A stretch of DNA of 64,000 bases. It comes from Squalus acanthias (taxonomy: Eukaryota). A program made the translations under genes and the position numbers. Shown in pieces: positions 51,421 to 63,575 of the stretch. The notes beneath the pieces were generated by a model. That model made no database searches. It saw nothing but the letters and a program-made list of their open reading frames with translations, and had not been told where the DNA came from. The stretch's first letter is position 1; every line of letters begins with the position of its first letter. Location of the stretch: the NCBI GenBank assembly GCA_030390025.1, contig CM059432.1, positions 113,896,001 through 113,960,000 of the forward strand, given 5' to 3'.

Positions 51421-51870
51421 CCATTCCCTCCCCAGGGTAGGTCCCTTGTTTTGAGGCCACGGCACGCCTGCAAAGACTGTACACCCAAACTAGGTGTGCT
51501 ACCATGACTGCCAATGTTCACAGATCATAGCAGCCCACGAGCTGCATGGAAACCTGCCCAGAAGATTTGCACCCCCTGTGCCTGGTGCCGCTCCCGATTT
51601 TAACTCCAGGTGGATTCCCCGCTCATGCCTGAGTTAAAATTACAGTTGCGTCTCAATGATGTCATTGGGCCGCAACATGCTTATGTAAAGAAGGACCCTG
51701 TTGGCTCCGGGCGCTTGTCCTCGCTGCCTGCTCAGGAGAGCAGGTTAAAATTGCAGATGTTGCGATCATGGCGGCTTTCGGACAGGTAAGAGCCAAGGTG
51801 ATTTTAACTGCCCACCCGCCAGGTTTTCTGTTGAGCAAGTAGGGTTAAAATTGACCCCAATTCCATATAT

Positions 51871-52302
51871 AGTGTGGTGGGTGCACCTGGGCAGTGTGGT
51901 GGGTGCACCTGGGCAGTGTGGTGGGTGCACCTGGGCAGTGTGGTGGGTGCACCTGGGCACTGTGGTGGGTGCACCTGGGCACTGTGTTGGGTGCACCTGG
52001 GCAGTGTAGTGGGTGCACCTGGGCAGTGTGGTGGGTGCACCTGGGCAGTGTGGTGAGTGCACCTGGGCAGTGTGGTGGGTGCACCTGGGCAGTGTGGTGA
52101 GTGCACCTGGGCAGTGTGGTGGGTGCACCTGGGCAGTGTAGTGGGTGCACCTGGGCAGTGTGGTGGGTGCACCTGGGCAGTGTAGTGGGTGCACCTGGGC
52201 AGTGTGGTGGGTGCACCTGGGCAGTGTGGTGGGTGCACCTGGGCAGTGTAGTGGGTGCACCTGGGCAGTGTGGTGGGTGCACCTGGGCAGTGTGGTGGGT
52301 GC
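51871..52302. repeat. 22-bp minisatellite, about 19.6 copies
   Basis: Unit AGTGTGGTGGGTGCACCTGGGC with a few single-base variants. Confidence 0.97.
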
Positions 52303-52489
52303 TGGAATTGTCCTTGTCGCCTTGTGGCCAGACTGCTAGAGTTATTGGGGGATGAATCTCTTCGGGGATTTTCCTGCTCCACCGCCAAAACTTTGGCAAA
52401 AAGCCCATTTACAGGCAAATGGGATTTCCGCCGAACAGCTGCCAAAGCTGCAGTGGGAAAGCAGGAGATGCCCTGAGCTAATTTACCCC

Positions 52490-52700
52490 TGTTACGTGGA
52501 GTGAAAGCCCTGCAGGTAAAAACATATCAAAACCAAATTAGAGAAAAACATAACAAATGGGTAAAGCCCTAAGAATCCACAAACCACATCAAAATTTCAC
52601 TTCTGCAAGTAAAAGAGCTTTTCCTGAAGCAGAATAACTTGCGTAAAGTGCACTTCATGAATGGCACCAGAGCATATGAGAGGATTTGACAATATCATAA
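52490..52700 (+). pseudogene. Paramyxovirus-like L relic, second K and E of the K-D-K-E tetrad
   Basis: ALQVKTY (K at 52519) and TSASK(fs)ELFL (E at 52615), about 32 codons apart. Confidence 0.45.
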
Positions 52701-53149
52701 TCGCAGCTGTTGCTGCTTAGTGAATCTGGATTCAAGAACGTTTGTGATAGAAGGAGAGACCCGTCCTACTTCAAACTGTAAAACTCTCTGCTATTTCTTG
52801 TTTGTATGAAGTTTTCGGTGATTTGAACTTTGAGTGGCATCAGGCAGCGGCATCAGGCAACCCTCGACTGTCCTCGGTGAGAGTCCCGAGCCATTTTGAT
52901 GGCAAGGTCTCATCTGCATTATGCTGGCGAGCTGCTGGCCCGACTAAACTCTGAAAAATAACTGAGACTGGTTCAAAAAATAAAAATGGTGAGCGATGTA
53001 AAACGGACTGCCGACCCGCTGTCACCCATTTCACACTAGCGCACAGAGTCAAGATCTGCTCCTTGGACTTTTGATTTCATTATTCACTCAACTTAAACAA
53101 TTCATAGATTTTTTAAAACTCCATTTTAAAAATCAATTACTTGCTCACT

Positions 53150-53460
53150 ACAACAACAGAAAATGCTGGAAACAGTCAGCGGGTCAGGCAGCATCGTGGA
53201 GAGAGAAGCAGAGTTAACGTTTCAGGTCGATGACCCTTCGTCAGAACTGGAAAAAGTTGGGGAAAGTAACAGATTTTAAAGCAAGTTTGGGGCAGGGAAA
53301 GGGAGGAGGGGAGGAAAGAACAAAAAGGAAGGTCTGTGATAGGGTGGAAGACAGGAGAGATTAAAAGACAAAAGGGATGATGGTGCAAGGCAAAAGGAGA
53401 TGGCAATGGGACAAGTTAAGAAACAAATGATAACTCTAGATGAGGTGTAAATGGCAATGG
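53150..53460 (-). mobile_element. Penelope-like terminal repeat fragment (second family)
   Basis: Hammerhead motif followed by TCTGCTTCTCTCTCCAC...CCAGCATTTTCTG on the - strand, preceded by a pyrimidine-rich tract. Confidence 0.7.
53212..53248 (-). ncRNA. Minimal type I hammerhead ribozyme
   Basis: - strand reads AGTT-CTGACGA-A-GGGTC-ATC-GACCT-GAAA-CGTT-AACT. Confidence 0.8.
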
Positions 53461-53469
53461 CAGATTCAT

Positions 53470-56115
53470 CTACTAAAAGTCACATCCACATCTCACGCCT
53501 TGCACACATTAACAGCTATTCAACTATGGTAGTCACATCTGCCAAACACATGTCTGCACACTCACTCACACGCTGTCCTTTTTCTTGCAGGCCAAGCTTG
53601 CTCATAACAGGAGAGAGCACCAACACACAGGAGGAGGTCAGGCAGAGCTGCACCCCCTCACACAGCTGGAGGAGCGAGTGTGCTGCATCATCGCGGCCCA
53701 GGTCATTGGCACTGTGGCAGTCGGAGACGTCGACCCCCTTGGGGACAACAATGGTATGTTCATCACCTCTCCCTCCTCTCTTATACCACTTCCCCCTCAC
53801 AACACAAGCCCTTCCCACTTTCCGTCTAAGTATACTGTCGCCATTCCTTGCTCCCGTCCTGCCCCCCCTACCCTCACGTTAAACACACTCTTGTGCCTTA
53901 ATGCTTTCAGATAATCAACCACCAACTGATCAGCCTGTCCCTCAACCTCCCAGTGGCAGCAACGCGGGAGAGGAGGAGGAACACCAAGCCGGAGCCTCAC
54001 TGCCTGCGTCTCCCGAGGGTGAGATGTCCGACATTGGGGCCACGCAGTCACTGGAGGGGAGCCTAGTACATGGGTCTGATGTGGGTGAAGCTCCGGGACC
54101 CAGTGGGCTGCAGCAATGCCACGGGGAAAGGAAAGCTCGGGAGCCATCTCCCCGGAGGGTGAGTTCGTGCACAAGTTCTGCTGCACAGGACTCGGAGGAG
54201 GACTTCGATGTGGAGACGATGACCACACAGGTGATGAGCATGCGCACCGAGCTCAAGGGTGCAATGGCAAGGTTGCCCGAGAGCATGGATGCACTGGCTA
54301 GGAGCGTGGAGGAGTCCACCTCCAGCATTGCACCATCTCTGCGCAAACCATCGAGCCCATCCTTGGCACTTTGCAGAGGATGGTCGACTCGCAGAGAGAC
54401 CGTGGGGACCCAGACCTCATGCCGCGTGTCATGGGTGAGGTGGCAGCAGCTATTGCAGCCCAGGCCAAGGCAACGCAACGACTTAGTGCTGGAATCGAGT
54501 CATTGGCTGGTGCCATCCGGTTTCAGACTGCTCTCATGCAGTCTCAGATTGATGCCACGCAAACACTGACTGCTGCCATCGTCGCTGGGTCACCCACAGT
54601 CCACCGGGGATCTCACGGTGCCGCAGCAGGCCAGCAATCTGTGCTCGAGCAGATTGCTCCGGATGCTGAGGTACTGCCCCGGGGGAGTGGCAGTGTGTCA
54701 GTCAAGCAGGAAGGTGCTGTCCTTTCTCAAGATGACAGCATTCCTGCTCCCAGCACAGCCACTCCGCCATTGCACTTGTCGCAGCCTGTAACACAACCAT
54801 CCCAGATTGCTGCCACTCAGGTGGTGCAGTCTACAGCTGGGCCTTCCCGGCCCAGAGCTGGTCGAGGGCGTCCTGCAAGGCCATCTTCAGTCTCTGGCTC
54901 CCAGCTCCCAGCCTTGCTGCAGCCACTGGGGCCACATTACGGAGGAGCAGTAGGGTTGGGAGGGAGGAACTCAAAAGGGGAGGGAAATCATTGAGGAAGG
55001 CCCAGTAAATAAAATGTTAATAGCAAATGGGGGGAGTATGTGTACAAAAGTTGATGGGTGGGCTTAACAAGGTCAATCAAGGGAAAATACAGTGGGTTGG
55101 CCACAAGTCGATGGAGGCGGGACTTCATCCTCCTCCTCCTCCTCCTGTCCCTCTTCCTCCTCCTGAGGTGGACCTGCAATCCCTGGTGGCAATGGCTGGG
55201 TCCTCAGAATGGCCAGGTTGTGCAGCATGCAGCACACAACAATGAAAAGGGAGACTCGATCAGGGGAGTACTGCAGGGCTCCTCCAGAGCGGTCAAGACA
55301 GCGGAACCATTGCTTTAGCAGCCCGATAGTCTGTTCGATCAGGTTCCTGGTGGCGCTATGGCTCTCATTGTATGCATGCTGAGCAGAAGTGTTGGGGTTG
55401 CGGAGGGGTGTCATCAGCCAGGTGGCGAGTGGATAACCCTTGTCTCCAAGCAGCCAGCCGCGAGCTTCATGTGGTGGGTGGAAGAGGTCTGGGATACCAG
55501 TCTGTCGCAGGTTGAATGCATCGTGGCTGCTGCCAGGATAGCGAGCATTGACGACGAGGATGCGCTGTCTGTGGTCACACACCAACTGCACGTTCAGAGA
55601 GTGGAAGCCTTTGCGGTTGCGGAATACCTCTGCATTGTGATGAGATGCCCGCAATGCCATGTGGGTGCAGTCAATGGCACCCTGAACCATGGGGAAGCCC
55701 GCTATCCTTGCGAAGCCATATGCACATTCATGCTGTTTGTCTCAGGTTATGGGGAATGAGATGTACTCCCTTCTCCTTCTGTACAAAGCATCTGTGACCT
55801 CCCGGATGCAGCAATGGATGGCGAACTGTGAAATGTTTGCAATATCCCCTGTTGAAGCTTGGAAGGATCCGTTTGCATAGAAATTGAGAGCGACTGTGAC
55901 CTTCACTGCCACTGAGAGAGACGTCCTGGTCCTGAGCTGAGGTTGGAGCTCTGGTTGCAGGAAGTGGCTGAAGCAAAACCTTCTAAGGCACTGCTCCTCT
56001 GACAGATGAATGTAGGAGAACTGCTCCCGGAATTCCCTGGGAGGGTAAGGTCTCCTGTTGAGAGCCCCATTGGCCCTCCTCTCTCTGGCCTCTTTTCCAA
56101 TCTTTCCCTCCTGCA
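53470..56115. mobile_element. Harbinger internal fragment, both ends lost
   Basis: Myb exons 2-3 on + (ORFs 53585-54994). Transposase on - (ORFs 55073..55690 and 55742..56188). Confidence 0.9.
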
Positions 56116-56939
56116 CCTTATCATCAGAATAATAATGTGTGTTACAGGGTATAATGCATCTGTCCTTATAAAACAACCGATCCTCCAATTTAGGGCGAGC
56201 AATGCCAAGGGAGATCCACTAGTATGATAGAAATAGTCTAAATCCGAATACTTTATTTTCTTGTGAATTCATATAATTTCAGGATATTAGACCTGATTAC
56301 TCAAGAGAATAAATTATTAAGGTCTAGACTATTTGGAGATTTTAATAAAGTATGAGCCTATTATTTGTTCTTTCCTTTGACCTTAATTGATGATGAATTT
56401 GTGCTCATTATGGGGAGAGATGTTAGTGCTGGCAATGGAATGTTTTATACCCAGTGGCGCTCCTAGGTCAGACGTAGCATATATAGTAAGCTGCAGAATA
56501 AAGGTCCCTCAAGGGAGTTTTTCCCTCGGTGTGATTTTCAGGCGGCCGGCCTGGTCTCTGGCTGGCTGCCAGATAAGGTAGGTCTCGGGATGGGGGTCCG
56601 TTCTCAGGCGGGGGCGACCTGGTGTGCTGGATTGTCAGGTTGTTTTTGTGGAGCCCGGAGGTGCACTCTTGTTCCTCCCAGCCCCACAAAAATAAAATAA
56701 AACTTAGCTTCTGGACTCCTCTTCGACTGGACCACCAGCTGAGAGTGGGCAAAGCGTGCATGGCATAATCTCCACCCAGTTGAGTCCTAAAATGACAGTC
56801 ATGGTCCTATGTGTGCCATAGGATCCTGCTTTGAATATTAACAGGGCCTGCTGCCTGACTCAGACAGCTGCAGCACCAATTTACCGTTTCCAGTCCCGAC
56901 ACAAGCTCATCCTCTGGTTTCACCAAATGAGCCCTGTGG

Positions 56940-58170
56940 CAGCGGTAACGGCCATCGGCTGTGGAGCCACTGGCTAGAATGCAAAAACAACGGCCTGAGG
57001 GCCTCCAACCCCATAGATGGCGCCAGGTGCCTTTTTCCTGGTTTCATCTTCTTGCGACCTGACTTTTCTCAGATCCTGTCTGAGTGGGGCTGGGAGCCCA
57101 GTTCTCCCTGGCCATTGCTGCAATTCAGCCTCTACCTGATGTGCTGAGACCCAAATGAGGAGGTGGGAGTTGCCATTACACTCTCCCTTTACATGGGAGT
57201 CCCATGCTTGCTGCTGCTCAAGTTGCATTACATGTGTGCTCTCCATTTTTATCTGCTTTGTACCCACCAGATAGTCTTGCACGATGAACACAAGCCAGGT
57301 GTCCAAATGGGACGGTGCACAAAGCAAGATGGAGTAAAAAAGGTGCAAACAGAGAATAGTAGTGGCACAGGTCTGAATTCATGGCGTACAGATGCTTCAT
57401 TTTTTTTGTAACCTATCCTTAGCAAATGAGACTGCCAATTTTGTGTCAATGAATACTGAATTATGGCTTTGATTTATATGTGATCATCAGCATCAATACA
57501 CATCAATTTAGAACATTAGAAAGCATTGCATTTCAAAAGGCAATAACTTCAAAAAAATTCACTGCCTTTCAGCTGCATCATAACTTGAACATGATCGGGC
57601 AAATTACGCTTTGGAATTGCATACTTGAAGTATATTATTACTTGGTTGAATTGTACAAACAACTAACAGGGCATTTCTTAACAAGAAAGGATCATAGTGT
57701 GGTACATGGCTAAATTATGGAGCAATATCATTTTTTTTAATTATGAAGGGATTTGACAGGGTAGATAGAAGCAGGCTGTCTCCAGTAGTGGACGGGTCAA
57801 GAACGAGGGGCTGTAGATACAAGTTTACCGAGATTTAGAAGTGATGACAGGATAAACTTTTTCACACAGAGCGCTATGAGGCTGTGGAACTCACTTCCAG
57901 TATTCGTGTTTGAGCCAGAAACTACGTCAACATTCAAGATAAGAATGTATGACAGGTGAATGAGGAAAAAGGGGATAAATGGATATGAGAACAGGCTGGG
58001 TAAATGTGATTAGAACTAATTGCTCATGTGGAGGGTAAACACAGACACAGACTGGTTGGGTCAAATGGCCTGCATCCATGTGTAAATCTACGTATTTCTA
58101 TGAATGTTCAATTCAGTGGTAACAATTTGAGAGTGAAAAAAAATCAAGGCAGCCAGCAATACCTCCCTTG
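56940..58170 (-). repeat. Inverted paralogue of 13235-13680 joined to 23187-23680; interrupted by an old CR1 (about 57735-58100)
   Basis: Direct sequence similarity, e.g. CACATATAAATCAAAGCCATAATTCAG and CCCATTTGGACACCTGGCTTGTGTTCATC. Confidence 0.85.
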
Positions 58171-58672
58171 TGTTAAGCCTACTCTCGCCCTGTTTTTTAA
58201 GCAGATGAGGGGTCCTTTTGTAGTGCAGCTGGAACACTTGAGCAATGCTCCAGATAAACTTTTGGAACAGACCCTTCAGGAAAGGTCAGTACCAAAAAAG
58301 AATTTTTACCCCAGAGGGGGTCCTTCTCCTTCCAATAGAGTCACCCTTCCAACTTCTGTTTGCATATCTTTGGCCTTCACTCCCAGCACGTGAGGCACCA
58401 AACTCCACTGCAATATCTAAGTGAGCTGATCTCACATTATCATGCAAGGTCAGCTCATTTGAAATCACATTATCAGCTCCTTAATGCAGCAATATAGAAT
58501 TCCTTTGTCTATATTTTAAAGGAAGCATTACCCATTTAACATAAACATATAACTCTTTTATAGTAATTGACAAATACATTTCATAAAAAATGTATTAGGC
58601 ATTCGTACACTAATATTTGTGTGGCATAATTTCAAGGCTCCAGTGTACTTAGACTCATTAGACTTGTTTTGA

Positions 58673-59108
58673 CATAGAATCTTAGAATGGTTACAGCATG
58701 GAAGAAGGCCATTCAGCCCATCGAGTCCATGCCGGCTCTCTGCAAGAGCACTTCAGCTAGTCCCACTTACCCCGCCCTTACCCCGTAGCCCTGCAAATTT
58801 TTTTCCTTCAGATACTTATCCAACTCTCATTTGAAAGCCGTGATTGAATTTGCCCCCACCACCCTTTCAGGCAGTAAATTCCAGATCTTAACCACTTGCT
58901 GCATAAAAATGTTTTTTCTTACGTCGCCTTTGGTTCTTTTGCCAATCACCTTAAATCTGTGTCCTCTGGTTCTCAACCCTTCCGCCAATGGGAACAGTTT
59001 CCCTCTATCTACTCTGTCCAGACCCATCATGATTCTGAACACCTCTATCAAATCTCCTCTCAATCTTCTATGCTCTAAGGAGAACAACCCCAGCTTCTCC
59101 AATCTATT
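58673..59108 (-). mobile_element. CR1 3' fragment
   Basis: ORF 58827..59111. Confidence 0.9.
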
Positions 59109-59472
59109 CATAGTTGTATACCACTGGATGATTCAGGCAGTGTTCGCAGAAGATTTGAGCTGGGAGCATGTAGCTGAGGAAAATGGTGCAATGAGCAGCA
59201 TTCAGAATAGATCTGAGTGGTTGTTACTAGATTGTGTGCAGTTTTCTTTATTCCTTCCACTTTCAACAAACCCTTGCTAAAGCAACGATGACAACCCTTT
59301 TCTTAACTAATGGTTAAAGTCGGTGAATGTGAGATAACATCTTTCTTGCTAAGTAATGTAGAGACCATGGAGGAAATTTGTGAGTCCCTGTGCTCCCGAC
59401 AGGGGATTGCAGGTTGCAGGCACAATCACTCTTACGTCCGAATAAACACTAAAATTTGTGTGGTACTAACTA

Positions 59473-59942
59473 AAAGAAAGACTTGCATTTATATAGCGCC
59501 TTTCACAAACACCGGATGTCCCAAAGCGCTTTACAACAAATGAAGTATCTTTTGAAGTGTAGTCACTGTTGTAATGTGGGAAACGCGGCAGCCAATTTGC
59601 GCACATAAGGCTCCCACAAACAGCAATGTGATAATGACCAGACAATCTGTTTTTGTGATGTTGATTGAGGGATAAATATTGGCCAGGACACCGGGAATAA
59701 CTCCTCTGCTCTTCTTCGAAATATTGCCATGGGATCTTTTACATCCACCTGAGAGGGCAGGCGGGGCCTCGGTTTAACATCTCACCCGAAAGACAGCACC
59801 TCTGACAGTACAGCACTCCCTCAGCACTGCACTGGGAGTGTCAGCCTAGATTTTTGTGCTCAAGTCCCTGAAGTGGGACTTAGAACCCACAACCTTCTGA
59901 CTCAGAGGCGAGAGTACTACCCACTAAGCCACAGCTGACACT
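59473..59942 (-). mobile_element. Full-length Deu-domain tRNA-derived SINE
   Basis: tRNA-like head GTGGCTTAGTGGG...GGTTCTAAGTCCC, central conserved body, L2-like tail GCGCTATATAAATGCAAGTCTTTC. Confidence 0.85.
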
Positions 59943-60459
59943 AGCTACTTTTATTTCCAGACCTTCTAGAATATCCCATAAAAATAACAAATCACTACAA
60001 GAGTGACCTTAGAGTGTAATTGCTAAAATGTGCTTACACCCATTAGGTAGCCATCTAATGTTGAGTTAACAATATGCAAGTACCATGCATAGCAGTCACA
60101 GAATTGGACAACGCATCTCCTGCGTCTGATTCACGTGGTGCCTGATTTTATTGTGTTGATTTGTGGTCAATTAATGAGTCCACATTACTGGCATGCAAAC
60201 CTTCTTAAAATATGCAAAATTGCTCATTAAACATCCCATCATGAATTTTTCGTCTTTAGGCGGGATTCAGCCCACAGCAGAGTTCTATGGAGCTCGTCTG
60301 TTGGAGCAAACCTCTTGAAGCAAGAAAATAGAATTTTTTTGTTTTGTTTTGCTTTTTGCGTTTCCATTTCCCCGTTGCTACATTCTGCGCTTTGTCTTAG
60401 TTGGTTTAGTTGGGTAAGCCTCCATTCTTGTAGTTTGTTCCCTGTCAGTACTTTTCTTT

Positions 60460-60740
60460 ATAAGAACATAAGAAATGGGAGCAGGAGTAGGTCATACGGC
60501 CCCTCGAGCCTGCTCCACCATTCAATAAGATCATGGCTGATCATCGACCTCAACTCCACTTTCCCGCCCAATCTCCATATCCCTTGATTCCTCTAGAGTC
60601 CAAAAATCTATCTATCTCAGCCTTGAATGTACTCAACGATTCAGCATCCACAGCCCTTTGGGGTAGAGAATTCCAAAGATTCACAACCCTCTGAGTGAAG
60701 AAATCCCTCCTCATCTCAGTCCTAAATGGCCGACCCCTAT
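60460..60740 (-). mobile_element. CR1 3' tail
   Basis: Near-identical to 33441-33720. Confidence 0.9.
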
Positions 60741-60879
60741 TATTCTAGATTTCTGCTGGCTTTCGCATCACACCATACAAAGAGGTGAGGGTGGGTCTTT
60801 CTTTTGGGATTCTGAATGCACTGCATAATTGGGATGAGGGGCCAACAACCCTGACGCGTTTTGGCTGCACCCATCGATA

Positions 60880-61510
60880 ATCTGGGATCTGCATCTGGAC
60901 ATATCAAGGAGTCCTGTATTCACCACTTCCACTTCACAAGACAGTTTTTCCACCTGCTGCTCAATAATATGCTCACATCTGGATCAAGTACGGCTCTTCC
61001 CGAAGTGACGGGTAGCACAGCATGAAGCTTTCATATCACAACACCCTTCCAAGCCACCGCAGGAGACATCTGGCACATCAGGCAGTCAACAGTACACACA
61101 GGTACCAAAGAAGTGACAGCCAACAGCTTTTCATTGTTTCTATGGGAAGGGTGTATCAGCTGACCAGGACACTGCTTTCACTGGGTAGCAAGGTTCCCTC
61201 GAATTCAAAAGAGTCACACAAGCTACTCAAGTGGGCATCTGAAGTCTTTATGTAAACTCTTCATAAAGAAAAAGGGTTTGCACTTAATTGTTATTCAGGT
61301 GGTATCTGACCACAGAAACATCATCCTGTAGGTCAATGGCCATTGTCCAAGAAACAGCCATGATGCCCTCATTGTGCGGCAGTTCATGGTGTTCGCATTA
61401 TTTGAAGAAGAAAAAAAACTGGATGGATGGCTCTTAGAAGACCAGAGCTATCTTCTACATTAATGGCTGCTGATTACACTGAGAAACCCTCTAGTACCTC
61501 AGCATCTGCT
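60880..61510 (+). pseudogene. Old, heavily decayed Harbinger transposase
   Basis: Remnants RKKGLHLIVIQVVSDH, SHDALI, DGWLLEDQSY, WLLITLRNP. Confidence 0.65.
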
Positions 61511-63344
61511 TGCTGTTCCTTGACTACCAGCTTCACCTCTACCTCCACTTCTGCCTCCACCTCCATCTTAAGAAACGTGTGCCATGCAGGTTAAGCACAA
61601 TGAAAGAGTGTGTGGAAAAGGGGAATCGTTGTGTACATGCTTGAACTGGTATCTCCCAAGGGGTGAGGCAGTTCCCAATTTAGATGTGTGCCATGCTTGA
61701 TGGGCCTTACATGAGGTATGTGCAGAAGTGAGAAGCATACTCACTCTTGCCTTGCTCTGATAGTAGCACACTTCTTTTTCATCTGCTGCCAGGTATGGAG
61801 TATCTGGATGATTGCACAAACTCAGTCAGTGACCTTTATCAGTGCAACTGGTACCTTTGCCTTCAATGGAGGCTGGAGCAGTCCTTTGATGTATCTGCTG
61901 TAGTATCAAAAGTAGTAGTGCTGTCCACATGTCTCCACGATACTTTTATGAACAATAGGCAACTTTTCTGTAATCGCCACAACTTTCCCTTTCATTGTGA
62001 GCTGCAGCCCTTTAAGAGCTGCTGCTTCACCAGATTTTGTGCTCTCTAGTCAAGTGTGCCACAGATCAAGCTCTCTGGGAAAGATTTTTTCTATTGAATA
62101 AGGGAGCAGTGCTTATATTGCAAAATCCGGCACAGCACTCCCCTGGCTACGGATACAGCTATGCCGATGAGTTGGGCGGGCACAACACCAATTTTACTAA
62201 CTTTGCAAAATTAGGCTCATGTAAAAGAATTGGTTTTGCATCAGGGTTAATTCTGGGATTTGAAGTGGGTGGAGGGGAAAGAAGGGGACAGCCATGCTGG
62301 AGAAATTGAGGGGAAGGGGCTATGCCCTTCATCCTCTCTATTCATTGCACCTACAGAGAAGGAGCCAGGTTCTTCTATGAGGAAAAGTAAGATGCCCAAG
62401 GGCTGAGTATCAAATCCAGGTGATGGACAGCGAGAAAGAGACTGCAGCAAGCAAAGGGTCATGTACAGAACCATACAGGCCAGAATACAACAGGGACAGC
62501 TGAATGCCAGATGAAAGAAACTGGTTACAGGAATAACAATCAAATAACAAAGATTTATTTTTCAAGTATTTAATCAGATGTTTATAATGCATATATTGGA
62601 GGTTTAAAACTAATGCATTTTTTAAGTTTAGCTAAACAAAGGCAAAAATATTAATCTGATTTGCTTTTCCATCTGAGGCAGTGACTATGCACATTTTGCT
62701 TGCTACACTATCTAGTAATAGTTCAAACAGAAGCTTTAGAAAAGAATAATTAATAACCATATAAGATTACAAAGATAAGTACAGATGAGGGAGGCCATCC
62801 ACCCCAACCTAGCTCAACCTTCCATAGAGGCCTATACAATCCACTCCCAGCAAGGCATCTGCCTCTTGAAATGTTTTCACCTTCACTCTCTTACCCAAAA
62901 GATCATTCCAGATATTAGTTATTCTTTGCATAAACATAAGACTATTTAGGAGCAGGAAAAGACCATCCTATTTTTATGGATTAACCTCATCAACCAACAT
63001 TTCACCATATCCCCAACCCTTTCTTCAGAAAGCATTTAACTGAATCCATTAACCTTCAATATGTTTCCCAGTTCAATTCCCAGACTTCTATTACCCTCTT
63101 GGGTGAAGAAGTTCCAACTGACTTCCCTTTTTACTCTAGTTTCCTCATTTTTACTTTGTGCTGCTTGGTCCTTGAATCTTTCACTAAATCAAACTATTCG
63201 CTTGGATCATTATTGTCAGTTCCCTTTGTAGCCTTAAAAACTTACAATACAGCTCAAAACTCTGTATCATTGAAAATTAAAATGTTAATGAAAAAAAATT
63301 ATTGCACATGCGACCATCTGCTAAATATTGACACCATTCCCTTC

Positions 63345-63575
63345 TGTAGTGTCCACTGTGGCTCAGCTGGTAGCCTCTGAGTCCAAAGCTTATGGGTTCA
63401 AATTCCATTCCAGAAACCTGAGCACAAAATCTAGGCTGATACTCCAGTGCAGTACTGAGGGAGTGCTGCACTGTTTCTGATAGATGTTAAACCCTTTCAG
63501 GTAGGCATAAAAGATCCCATGGCACTATTTGAAGATGAGCAGGGTAGTTCTCCTGGTGTTGTGGCTAATATGCTA
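63345..63575 (+). mobile_element. Deu-SINE fragment
   Basis: GTGGCTCAGCTGGTAG head; GTAAAAGATCCCATGGCACTATTT-like body. Confidence 0.75.

Noticed and set aside
51871..52302. CRISPR-like array, or the His/Cys/Pro-rich proteins from ORFs 51766-52476
   Set aside because: Head-to-tail tandem repeat with no unique spacers. The ORFs are translations of the minisatellite.
59880..59942. tRNA gene
   Set aside because: It is the tRNA-derived head of a SINE and continues into the SINE body and tail.
61560..62760. Short ORFs as possible host exons
   Set aside because: No recognisable domains or consistent splice structure, so they could not be assigned.
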